Assembly (NCBI RefSeq): GCF_009914755.1
Contig: NC_060931.1
DNA length: 64,000 nt
From: the human T2T-CHM13v2.0 reference genome, Homo sapiens
Strand: one strand, 5' to 3'
Shown one piece after another: positions 1 through 64,000 of this stretch (the stretch's first letter is position 1; every line of letters begins with the position of its first letter). The position numbers were made by a program, and so were the translations under genes. Below the pieces are notes generated by a model, which was not told where the DNA came from, searched no databases, and saw only the letters and a list, made by a program, of their open reading frames with translations.

Positions 1-737
1 TTGCAAGTTTGACTCCATGGTGCCTGAATGCAGGGGAAGCAGGCGGTGTCACGTCCCGGCAAAGGCAGACATGGGGCTGACGCGGAACGGCCCAGGGACT
101 CTGATCCTGGGGCTCAGCGAGTTTGCAAGGGGTGTTTCTGTCCACGGTCAGGCTTGCCAGCCTTGGTCCCTAGGCCCACCATAAGGTGGCCCAGTCCTGC
201 CCCTGTCTTGGAATTGCTGAGAGCAGAAATGCAGTAATGTGTCACCATGATGATGGCTGGTGTCATGCGATCAGACCCACCATTCCTCAGTGGGACCCCC
301 GCCTCACCACTCACCAGCTGGCTCCCTGGTCTGCAAAAGGTGGTTCGCTGGTACCCAGGTCCCTGTGCGAATGAGAGGAGCTGACGTCTATGAAAGCCAC
401 TCCCTGCACCCGGGGAGACTGAGGAGGTGGGAGGCTCTCGTCCCCCGAAAGCCCAGCCGGCCAGCCCCCTCTCCCTCTGCCTCCGCAGGGAACCGTGTCC
501 CAAGCAGGGCCCTTCACCCCATCTCTGTCTGATCTCCACTGCGTGTACGGATTGACGGGAAAGATTCTAATGGGCTTTAAGTTAATAAGCTGGGAACGAA
601 TTAAGTTTGATCTCTGCCAGAAGCAGATGGCACAGCTGCCCGGCCTGGAACAGCCCGGCTGGAGCAGTGGCAGGCGGCAAGGGCTGGGTGGGGGTTTGCC
701 CCACTGGGCTCTCTTTATTTTTCTCTCCTTCCCCCAA

Positions 738-4612
<3,875 letters not shown>

Positions 4613-4746
4613 TGAACTTTAAGATTAACTAGTTGGAGCAATGGACTGGGCCCCCCTGCAGCAGCACCCCCAACCTCCGCCCAGACAGCAGCAGAGGAAG
4701 GAGAGGGGTGTCCCGCCCTAAGAGTGCGTCAGCAGCCCCCGCCACC

Positions 4747-4802
4747 AGGTGATTCCATTCACCTGGGAGAAAACGGAGGCTCCCAGGTGAATGGAGTCAC
4801 CT
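4747..4802. repeat. 23-bp stem / 10-nt loop inverted repeat (copy 1)
   Basis: aggtgattccattcacctgggag / ctcccaggtgaatggagtcacct, with one T:G. Confidence 0.9.
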
Positions 4803-5395
4803 CACTCAACACTTCCTTATTCAGCTCCCAATGCAGTCTGCCCTTCAAGCAAATATTTGGCTCCTGCTGTATGCCAGCCCCTGTATGCCTCACTGCGCAC
4901 TGAGGATCCAAAGAGAACGAAAGCAGGTCTCTACTTTCAGGGGGCTCCCAGTCCTTTAGAAGGGATGGGCAAGGCCTGGAGCAAAGGTGCTGACCCCATT
5001 GGTGGCGGGGCAGAAGAAACCGTGGGGGCTCCCTGGAGCGCTGACAACGGAGATGTTGCTTAAGGGGGAGAAGGAGCTGATCTGGTGGAAAGTGAAGGAA
5101 GGGCCTCAGGTAGGAGCCTGGTGGGGGCCTGGGCAGGCGCCTGTATCCATCCCACCTGGTGGCTCAGACCCGGAGGGTCTCTCCTGATTCCCATAGACAG
5201 GCCCCCACAGAGACCCAGGACAGGTGTGATTCCCACCTGGTTCCTGATTTCACCTCGAGGCTGGACCCTTCTCCCAGCCAGTAACACTCCCAGTCCCCCA
5301 GGGCTGGCTGATGTCCTATACCTGGGTCCCCTGGGCTCTGCTCAGTCTGTCCTAGAGCCAGGCTACAGGTGAGTAGAGGGAGAATAGGGCGGGGT

Positions 5396-5450
5396 CATGA
5401 TTCCATTCACCTGGGAGAAAAACGGAGGCTCCCAGGCAAAGGGAGTCATG
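5396..5450. repeat. Degenerate second copy of the same hairpin
   Basis: 5398-5436 equals 4750-4787 apart from one extra A; 22-bp stem with 3 mismatches. Confidence 0.85.
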
Positions 5451-5873
5451 GGAAGCAACCTAGCCAGTTCTGATCCCAAGCTGGGAGGAGAAAGGGAGCG
5501 GGTCGAGGTAGGAACCAAGTGAGGGCAGGGCATGACTGAGGGTCGGCCACAGCCCCCACTCCTGGCTGGACTTGCTCTCCGCCCCTTCTCCAGCAGGTGA
5601 ACTCCTACCCGTCCTTCGAAACTTTCAATCTGGTCACCCAGTGGCCTCGTGACTGAACCTACCCACCCACTGGCGGCGTTGCTGGCCTCCCAGGCGAGTG
5701 GATCTGTTTAGGGGGAGCAGCCTGGGCACCAAGGCTGAGGGGTGGGCAGCGGGGGTGGTGGGCTGGGTCAGCCGCAGGTCACCCGGCCCTCCCGGGGCCA
5801 CCATGCCGCACCCTGGTGTGTTGGGGATCCTGATTTCAGCCTCAGCCTGGGCCTGGCGCCTGCACAGCCCAGC

Positions 5874-6650
5874 TGGATGGAAGGGTGGGGGGAGGGAGAA
5901 AGGAAGAAAGGAGATGGGAGCAGAGGGGAGGAGGGGGAAGATGGGGGAGAGGGGAGGGAAGAGGAAGGGGAAGGAGAGGGAGGGAGGAGGGGGAGAAAAG
6001 AGGAGGATGGAGGAGGAGTGGGGATGGTAGAAGGGAGGAGGGAGGGAAGACAGAGGGAGGACTGAGTAGGAGAATGGGGAAAGCGGAGGAGGGAGGGAGA
6101 GGGAGGAGGGGAGAGACAGGAAGGGAGGAAGAGTGAGGAGGAGAAAGGGAGGAGGGTGGAGGGGAGGGGAGAAGGGAGGAGAGCAGGAGGAGGGTAATGG
6201 AGGACTTTGGAGGAGGGGAGGGGTGGGAGGAGGGAAGGGGAGGGAAGAGAAAGGGGGAGGAGTGGGAGGGAGGAGGAGAGAAAGGGAAGGGGAAGAGAGG
6301 AGGAGTGGGGAGAATGGAGAGGAAGGGGAGAGGAGAGAGAAGAGGTGGGAGGTGGAGGAAGAGGGAGGGGAAGAGGAGGAATGGGGAGGAGGGAGAGAGG
6401 AGGTAGAAGGGGAGGGAGGAGGAGGGAGAGGGGGAAGAGAGGAGGAGGAGTGGGGAGGAGGAAGAAGGGGAGGGAGAGGGAGGAGAAGAGAGGAATGGAG
6501 AGGGAGGGAAAGAGAGGAGGAATGGGGAGGAGGGGGAGGGAGGAGAGGAGGGTGAAGGGAGGAGGGAAGAGGGTGAGGAAGGGGGAGGGGAGGGGGAGGG
6601 AGGAGAGGAGCGAGAGGGTTGAGGGAGGAGGAGGAGGGAGGAGGAGGGAG
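5874..6650. repeat. ~780-bp polypurine (GGA/GGGA) low-complexity tract
   Basis: Almost exclusively G/A on the + strand, directly abutting the GC boxes. Confidence 0.95.
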
Positions 6651-7520
6651 GGGCGGGGCCGGGCGCGGGGGGCGGGCAGAGGCGGGGCGTGGTGGCCTGG
6701 GCTGTGCTCGTCGCCGCGCTCGTGGACCGGGGCCGGGCGGACTCGGGGACCGGCGGAGGACGCCGGGCGCGCCCGGCCCGAGGCTGGGGGAGCGGGGCGG
6801 CGTGGCGGGCGCGCCGAGGACCCCAGGCCGGGCCGGGCCGAGGTAAGCGGTGGCCGCGGGACGCGGGGAGACGCCGGCGGGGACCTGTCGGAGCCTTTGT
6901 CTGCGGCGCGCGCGGCTTCCCCCGCCCCCTCCCGCCCGCCCGGGCGCTGCCCCCTCTCCCCAGCCCTCCCCTGTCCCGGGAACCCGAGGCCACCCCGGCC
7001 GCGTCCTGAGCAGCCCAGCCCCCCGCGCCCGGCGACAAGCGCGGACCCGGACCCCTGGGCCCTCGCCATGGAGGGGGTCGGCGCCACCGCCTCCCTGAGC
7101 ACCGCGCGGGGGTCCTCCCGCACCGAAGTTCCTCCCCGGACCCCCCCGCGCCACCCCATCGCTCCCCTGCCCCCGCCGGCCCCTTCCTCGTTCTCGGAAA
7201 AAGCGGCCGGGAGAGGCGGGGCCTGGGCTCCGGGGTCACCTCGGGACGGCCCAGGGGGTCTGTCCTTTGCCTGGGGGCGCAGGTCCGCGAGCCAACTTTG
7301 CGGCTGATGAGGCCGGACAGGCGGCAGAAAGGCGCGGCGACCCGGGCCGGGGAGGGCGGTGGGCCCGGGGGGCCAGCCTGTGGCCCCTGCATGCATCGGT
7401 CCCCGGGGGGCTGCAGAAAGGGGGTGGCCGGAGGGGCTTGAAACCCACCCCCACAGGAGTTGGAGCAGCTTAGACCGCTGGGCTGCGGAAAGGGCAGCAG
7501 AGGCATCGTTAGCCCCGGTT
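6640..7520 (+). promoter_or_regulatory. CpG-island promoter of SLC29A4 with Sp1/KLF GC boxes
   Basis: Very high GC and CpG density. GGGGCGGGGC at 6650-6659 and a second GGCGGGGC at 6681. No TATA box. Confidence 0.85.
6700..6842 (+). other. SLC29A4: SLC29A4 non-coding exon 1 (5' end approximate)
   Basis: Lies in the CpG island downstream of GC boxes and ends at the strong donor GAG|GTAAGC (6843). Contains no ATG. Confidence 0.8.
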
Positions 7521-7860
7521 AACGGGGACCAGGGGTGTACCAGGCATCAACTAACCAGGGCTGGTGACTGAGCCGGGAGTGCGAGCCCAGGCCCGCTTTC
7601 CAAGTGGAATTCGGTTCCCCTGGTCCTTCCTGGCTGGCCGGAGGAGCGCGGCCCCCGAGTGAGGCCAGACTGGCTTTGGGGTCCCGACGCCCAGCGCTTC
7701 CAGCTGCCCTGGGCCACTGTGCACTTCAGGCCCAGTGGAAATGGGAGGAGCCGGAGGGGGTCACTGGGCCAGGCTCCAGTCTGAGCTGCACGACCCCCCC
7801 CCCCCCCGACTTGGCCTCTCTGTGCCTCAGTCGCCCTCCCTGCAAAGTGGTGAGGGGCCT

Positions 7861-11199
<3,339 letters not shown>

Positions 11200-11297
11200 G
11201 ACATACCAGGTGACATTGCTTATCTGCTTAAATTAATATCCTCTGGATGGATAGAAAGGACGGTCCCCCCAGGGTATACAGTCCCGGCCGCATGGCA

Positions 11298-11516
11298 TCA
11301 ATGTGGTGAAACTGAGGCTCAGAGAGGTTTAGGCCCTTGCCTAAGGTCACACAGCTGGGCTGAAAACCCGGGTCTTTGAACCTCACATCCAGTCCTGTTC
11401 AGGCACTTTCCTGGCTCCTTTGCAGTGAGGCATAGCTTGCTTTGGCCAACGAGTGTGACCAAAGTGACATGTGTCACTCCAGGTAGAAGCTTTATGGGTC
11501 AGTGCATGAGCCATGG
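11298..11516. repeat. Inverted repeat, left arm (MIR-derived + LTR-like composite)
   Basis: Reverse complement of 12353-12558 (200/206 identical, no gaps) and of 12026-12046. Contains the MIR core GAAACTGAGGCTCAGAGAGG...CCTAAGGTCACACAGC. Confidence 0.95.
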
Positions 11517-11574
11517 ATCCCTCAGCCTTCTTCCCTCACCTGCTCTCTCTGCTTTCTCCAAAGCAGAGGCTGCC

Positions 11575-26633
<15,059 letters not shown>

Positions 26634-27712
26634 GCCAGCCCCGCCCACTGCCAGGGACGCCGAGGGCCTGACCAGGGGCCCCGAGGCCTGAGGGCCCCTC
26701 CCCTGTCCCCACCTCAGTGCCTGCGGGGCCCTGAGCCTCCCCCTGTGCCAGCAGCCCCACTCCCTCAGGGTCCAGCCATGCCCCACCCTGGACTGAAGTT
26801 CTGCAAAGTCCTCCGAGGACCGGAACACGTTTCTGCGACCCGGGGCTCTGGCCAGCACTGTGTTCTGCGTTTGGTCTCATACCTGCGTCTACCTTCCATC
26901 TGTGTCCAGCGGCCCCGGCTCCAGCCCAGCCAGCACTCTGCAGGGACACACGCACCGTGTCCCCACCCAGGACAGCAGACACCCGCCAGAGTGTGCGCGC
27001 CCAGTGACTGCACCCCGGCCCTCATCACCCACCGGCACTGATCGGGGCACCGCCTGGCCCAGCCTCCACCAGGGACCCCTCCTCATGAACTCTGGAGCCC
27101 TGAGAGGAGAGGGGCAGCCCCCCACCTTGTCACCCTCAGGGCTTCGCCTTCTGTCCTCATTCTTAGAGACTGCTTCTCCCAAACATAACGTGTTAGCCAT
27201 GAAGGAGTCGGAGCCCTGGGTCCGAATGGACCCGCCTGCGGTCTGCATCAGCCTCTGGGAAACCACAGCAGTGATGCCAGCTGGGCACGTCAGGACCTCC
27301 CCACACACCCACACGATGCCACAGGTCAGGGGGCTGTGCCTGACTAGGGAGCCCTCCCATTGCCTTCCTGGCCCGGGATAGAAGAGGGGAGGTAAGTCTG
27401 GGGGCTACGAAGCCGGGCCCCCACACCCTGGCTGAAGTCAGCTTGACCTAGGTCTTGACCCTCATCCAGCAAGGGACTCGACAGACCCAAGGGTCCCTGG
27501 AACGTAGGGAGGGGCTGGGGGTCACTCCAGCCCGGGCCTCCCAGAACACCAGGCCCGTGTGGGTGGCACCCTGAGGTCAGGGGATCCTAAGGGTGTCCTT
27601 CCAGAGACGGTGTTTCCAGGGGGAGGACCGCCCCCGCTTCCAGATCCCCGGCCCCGGCTGTGACTGCCCTGTTTCACCCCTGCTGTGTCCCATCCCCCGT
27701 CTGTCCACTAAC

Positions 27713-27785
27713 TGTACCGCACCGGCCATTAAAAGATGAAGGCAGACCGCTGCACCGCCGCCTGCAAGCAGAGTTTGTGCGTGGA
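27713..27785 (+). terminator. SLC29A4 proximal polyadenylation signal
   Basis: TGTA (27713-27716), ATTAAA (27728-27733), then GU-rich GAGTTTGTGCGTGG about 40 nt downstream. Gives a ~1.1 kb 3'UTR. Confidence 0.75.
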
Positions 27786-28154
27786 CGGGGGCTGGGACTG
27801 CCATCTCGGGATACCGGTGGAACTCGGGCTGCCCCGCATAAGCCGGTCCTCAGTCTTCCCATCTGTGAGGTGGGCCGGGTGGATCAGGGAGCAGGAGGGT
27901 GTCCTCACACTGGGTAGGCTTGGTTTGTGGGCAGCGCTGGGTAGTGGGGTGAGAGCTGGGAGCACTTAGGGTTTGTCGCTCACCTTGACCGCCCGCCCCC
28001 CCCCCACCCCTTCGTGAGGATCAGGGAGGATGGCCACATGCAGCCCATTTGAAGGGGAAACAAAGTGGGCGGGGCTTGGCCCCTGCCCCTCAGGGACTGC
28101 ACTGCATCCTAGGAGTCAGAGCCTCCTGGCTTCGAGCCTCATCCCTTTTGCTGA

Positions 28155-30331
<2,177 letters not shown>

Positions 30332-30434
30332 GATGAGCTCATTTAGATGGCTGCATGGGGTCACCGCCCCTGCACGCGTGGCACCCAACTTCTTCCAGTC
30401 GAATCCTGCTTCTTGGTGCCCTGATATGGCAGAA

Positions 30435-30494
30435 TGCCCCCAGACACCACCCCTACTCCAGCCCCTGAAATAAACCACTCCAGACAATTTTATT
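30435..30494 (-). terminator. TNRC18 polyadenylation signal
   Basis: AATAAA on the - strand (TTTATT 30489-30494), followed on the - strand by GU-rich GGGGTGGTGTCTGGGGG. Confidence 0.8.
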
Positions 30495-30522
30495 TTTCCA
30501 ATTAAATCTTTTCTTTTTTTTT
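30469..30522 (+). terminator. Distal + strand poly(A) signal (long SLC29A4 3'UTR)
   Basis: AATAAA 30469-30474, ATTAAA 30501-30506, U-rich downstream run 30507-30522. Confidence 0.55.
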
Positions 30523-31804
30523 ATGAAAAAAGATCACACAGAATTTGCCAACAAACAAAATTCCAAAAGAAACATAAAAAAAAAAACCAATAATTCCCCC
30601 AAAAAACAAACCCAAAGTCTGGCTTTTCCTTCCCTCAAGATTGTCTGGTTGAGGCCTTGGTTTCCCTTGAAGGCTTGGGGCCTGGTTAAGTGCTTTCTGG
30701 GGCCCAAGCAGGGACCCTGGGCTTGGGCCGGCTCCTGCCTCTCCCTCTTCTCTCCCTAACAAACACTTCTCTATCCTGGGGGGTGAGTACAGTACACTTG
30801 GCGGGGTGGGCGGGGGGTGTGCTGGGGACTGGGAGGCCGGTGAAGCCGGTGCTAGACACTATAATCTAACAGGAAATAAAAAATAATATTCTGCACGTCA
30901 GAATGTTTTTTTTTTATAATTTCATAGCTATTTTTCACAGTTTTAAAAAGTTTATATATATATTTATATATATTTATCTTTATATATATAATTAAAAAGT
31001 TGACTCCATTTAAAGGCTTATGATACAGGGGCGGGGCGAGTCTCTTGGTACAATAAAACTGTACAGGTTAAGAAGTGCCACCTCCCTCCTGGGTGGGGAG
31101 GGGCCAGGCGTGGCCGGGCGACAGTTTCAGCACCATTGGGGTTTTCTGTAGTGTGAGGGTTTGGACCAGGGTGGGCCTGTGCCGGGCCCTCTCCACCTGG
31201 TGCCTTTGACAGACACTCCGGGCTGCAACCCCACCCGGCTCTGTTCCCCAAGTCTAGGCCATCCTGAGAGGGTGGGGGCAGGGCCCCTGGCACAGTCAGG
31301 TAGGCCAGCTGGCATCGGGCTGCCCTGTCCCATGCACGGTGGGAGGCCTTGGGGTGGGCTCCGTGCTAAGGGTGCTTGGGAAGCCCAGAGTGAGCGTCAG
31401 TTTGGTTCCTTAGAAGCGCCCCTCCCCACCGAATCCCCAGTCTGCATGGACCTGGGGGCACCCGGGCCCCCACGCAGCAGCAGCCTGGAGGGCCGGCCTG
31501 GCCAAGTGCTTGCAACGTGCTGGGCAGGAAGGGCCGGTCCGGCCATACCCTGATAGCTAAGAGGGGCCCCTGTCCTGGGGGCACTGAGGGGTTGGAAGGT
31601 GGGGCTGGAGGCATGTGCACATGCGTGCACACACGTGCATGCACACACACTCACCCGGGCATCCACGTGCACACCTGGCCCCATGCACACGCCTGCAGGA
31701 GCGCTCGCATGCACACAACGCACGTGGTCTCCGCGCCATGGCAGTGATGGAGATGGGTCCCTGGCCGCCCTCGGGGCACAGGTGGCCCGCAGGGCCCGGC
31801 GGGC
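30470..31804 (-). other. TNRC18: TNRC18 3'UTR (~1.3 kb, Alu-free)
   Basis: Lies between the stop codon (31805-31807) and the poly(A) signal; contains U-rich and AU-rich blocks. Confidence 0.8.
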
Positions 31805-56735
<24,931 letters not shown>

Positions 56736-58986
56736 CTGAACGCGGGAGGAGGGCGTGCTGGTCACAGCCTCGTGGGGACCCCTTCCCTCCCACCCAGCCA
56801 CATGGACACCATTCCTCCCCGGCGGGACCTCCCCGCCAATGGCAGCGCTTCTGCCCGTTTCCAGGAGAGGAAACTGAGGCCCAGAGGAGAAAGACTCATC
56901 GGGACCACGCCTGTCCCTACGCCTGTCCCTACGCCGCCTCGGCTGCCCGGACGCTGCTCCCAGCCCCTTGCCCCATGGGAAGATCCTGGGCCCCTTGAGC
57001 TCCTCCAAAACCCCATGTGACTTGTGGAAATCCCAGAAGCCAGGGCAGCTGGGCAGGACGGGCCCCACACCTGCAGGGCAGCAGCCCTCTAAGGCAGGCA
57101 GGCGGGGAAACCCGCAGAGAATCCCCAAGCCCCGCTCGCCTTCTCTCCCCCGTTCTTGGTGCTGCCTGTCGGAACTGGGTGGTCCCAGGAATCGTCCACT
57201 CCCACTGCCCTCTCTACACGACATGGCCACCCCAGCAGCCCTCCTCCCACCCCAGGCCCCACCCATTGCACAGCCAAGGCCCTGCTTCCCTCTGTCCTGG
57301 ATCCTGGGTCCCAGCTCCCGGGCTGCTTGAATGCACAGCCTCTGAGCACAGCCACCCAGCACTCGCCCAGCACCCACCATCCCCACTCATTCCCAGCTGC
57401 AAGCTTTGCTCTCTGCCATCCCCTCTGCACAAAGCACCAGCTCCCCCGACCTCTCCTTGGAACGGCGCTAAGTCCTTCAGAAGGAGACCCACCCCACAAC
57501 CCGGGAAGTCCTCTATGGCCGCACCTCTGTTGTCACAGGCAATGCCACACCTTCGCATTTCTGTCCATGCCCAGGTCCCAGCTTATCCCAGCCTGCCCTG
57601 ACCCTGGGAAGCAGATCCGAGTTCTCTGGGATCTCCAGCTCAAGCCCCAGGTCAGAGCTGGTGTCCAGGAAAAGAGTGTGAGTGAGGCGTAGATGGCACT
57701 GCTCCCCAGGACAGGGGCTCCAAGGTGCCTTCACTCAGGGATGCAATCTCTATGACAGTCCCTTGCGTTAACAACCTCAGGGAGAGCCAGTGGTCTGCCT
57801 TAAATCCTCCAGCACAGGAGCCGAAAAGCCAAGGCCCAATCCCAGGCCTACTGACCCCGGGGGGCAGCCGTGAGAGGCTTGCTCTGCACTGCCCCGGTAG
57901 ATGAAGCCACAGCAACAGGGGCTGGCGGGGGCTGCCCAGTGGGAAAAAGTCACCAGCAAAGTGTAATAATCCTATTAATTAACTTTTTTTTTTTTTTCTT
58001 GAGACGGAGTCTCGCTTTGTCGCCCAGGCTGGAGTGCAGTGGCGTGATCTCGGCTCACTGCAAGCTCCGCTTCCCGGGTTCATGCCATTCTCCTGCCTCA
58101 GCCTCCTGAGTAGCTGGGACTACAGGTGCCCGCCACCACGCCTGGCATTTTTTTTTTTTTTTTAGTAGAGACGGGGTTTCACCGTGTTAGGCAGGCTGGT
58201 CTCGAACTCCTGACCTTGTGATCTGCCTGCCTCGGCCTCCCAAAGTGCTGGGATTACAGGTGTGATCATTAATCTTTTGCTAACAAGACTTTCCAACTTT
58301 CCACTGTGCAAGGAGGCAGCAAGGGGCTTTTGAGGCTGATGTGGGTGCAGGCCACAGGCATGAGCGCTCTGCTCTGGGTATGACAGAATGAGGTACCACC
58401 CCGTAACAGTCCCCCCAGAGATCCACTGGAACACCTGGCGTACGTAATCCTTCACAGGCCCATTGTGTATGGTGCAGGGAGGGACAGTAGACAGAGAGGA
58501 GGCTCACGTGGAAGGCAGAGAGTGAAGTCACAGGAGGCAGATCTCCCTGCACCCTCTACCCTGGCACTAGACACGGTCTTCTTGGCACACACAGCAGGGA
58601 AGGTGGGGCCCACATAGAAAAGAAATAGAGTCCCGCTGACCTCAGCACCAGGAAAGAGAAGTCTAGAAACTGGCAACACAGAAGAGAATAGAAAGCGAGC
58701 CAGTGGCCAGGCACAGTGGCTCACAACTGTAATCCCAGCCCTTTGGGAGGTCAAGGCGGGCGGATCACCTGAGGTCAGGAGTTCAAGACCATCCTGGCTA
58801 ACATGGTGAGAAACCTGTCTCTGCTAAAAATACAAAAATTAGCCGGGCATGGTGGCGGGTGCCTATAGTCCCAGCTACTCGGGAGGCTTAGGCAGGAGAA
58901 TCACTTGGACCCGGAGGTGGAGGTTGCAGTGAGCAGACATTGCACCACTGCACTACAGCCTGGGCCACAGAGTGAGAATCTGTCTC

Positions 58987-59018
<32 letters not shown>

Positions 59019-59319
59019 GCCAGGCACAGTGGCTCACACCTGTAATCTCAACACTTTGGGAGGCCAATTTGGGCAGATCACAAGGTCAGGAGTTCAAGAC
59101 CAGCCTGGCCAACATGGTGAAACACCATCTCTGATAAAAATACAAAAATTAGCCAGGCATGGTGGTGGGCACTGTAGTCCCAGCTACTCAAGAGGCTGAG
59201 GCAGGAAATTGCCTGAACCAGGAGGCAGAGGTTGCAGTGAGCTGAGATCGCGCCACTGCACTCCAGTCTGGGTGACAGAGTGAGACTCCGTCTAGAAAAA
59301 AAAAAAAAAAAAATTAGAA

Positions 59320-62160
<2,841 letters not shown>

Positions 62161-62449
62161 AGGCGTCGTGGCTCAGGCCTGTAATCCCAGCACTTTGGGA
62201 GGCCAAAGTGGGCAGATCATCTGAGGTCAGGACCAGCCTGGGCAACAGGTAGAGGTTGCAGTGAGCTTAGATTGTGTCACTGCACTCCAGCCTGGGCAAC
62301 GCTGCACATTAAAAAAAAAAAAAAAAAAAAGAGCTCGGCACAGTAGCTCACGCCTGTAATCCCAGCATTTTGGGAGGCCAAGGCAGGCAGATCACGTGAG
62401 GTCGGGAGTTTGAGACCAGCTTGACCAACATGGAGAAACCCCGTCTCTA

Positions 62450-62611
<162 letters not shown>

Positions 62612-62837
62612 TCAAAAGGAAAAAAAAAAAAAAAAAAAAAAGGCATTCTGGCTCTCCACAACCTCAGCCCCACAACGTCCAAGACACACAATCCAAAATT
62701 ACTAGACAAGGCCAGGCACAATGGCTCACACCTGTAGTCCCAGCACTTTGGGAGGCCAATGAGCGCAGATCACTTGAGATCAGGAGTTCGAGACCAGCCT
62801 GGGCAACAGAGCGAGACCTCTTCTCTACAAAAAATTG

Positions 62838-64000
<1,163 letters not shown>

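Noticed and set aside
5634-7506. Long ORFs of 366-554 aa on both strands (Pro/Leu/Ser- or Gly/Arg/Glu-rich)
   Set aside because: Artefacts of the stop-poor polypurine tract plus CpG island; open in nearly all frames, with no domain features.

Overview
Human-type (primate), Alu-dense, GC-rich genomic DNA matching the SLC29A4-TNRC18 locus (7p22.1, recalled, not searched). On the + strand is the complete SLC29A4 (ENT4/PMAT) gene: CpG-island promoter and non-coding exon 1 (ending at 6842), then 10 coding exons (ATG 11575 to TGA 26633) that splice to 1593 nt = 530 aa. It has a proximal ATTAAA (27728) and a distal AATAAA (30469). On the - strand are the last 12 coding exons of TNRC18 (56735 down to the stop at 31805; 3188 nt, all phases consistent), encoding tandem Tudor-like folds, poly-Ser tracts and the C-terminal BAH domain, plus a ~1.3 kb 3'UTR ending at AATAAA 30489-30494. 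The rest is mostly Alu, with L1, L2, MIR, MaLR LTR, hAT and Tigger1 relics. The top candidate is a 206-bp, gap-free, 97% identical inverted repeat bracketing the SLC29A4 start-codon exon. Five of its six mismatches are G.U wobbles on the sense RNA, and the enclosed 177-nt exon would form a stop-free, endlessly translatable circle if back-spliced. Other candidates: a bidirectional poly(A) module shared by the two convergent genes; an in-frame alternative terminal exon that would give a BAH-less TNRC18; and a duplicated hairpin with covarying ends upstream of SLC29A4. All functional claims are hypotheses from sequence alone, and repeat boundaries are approximate.
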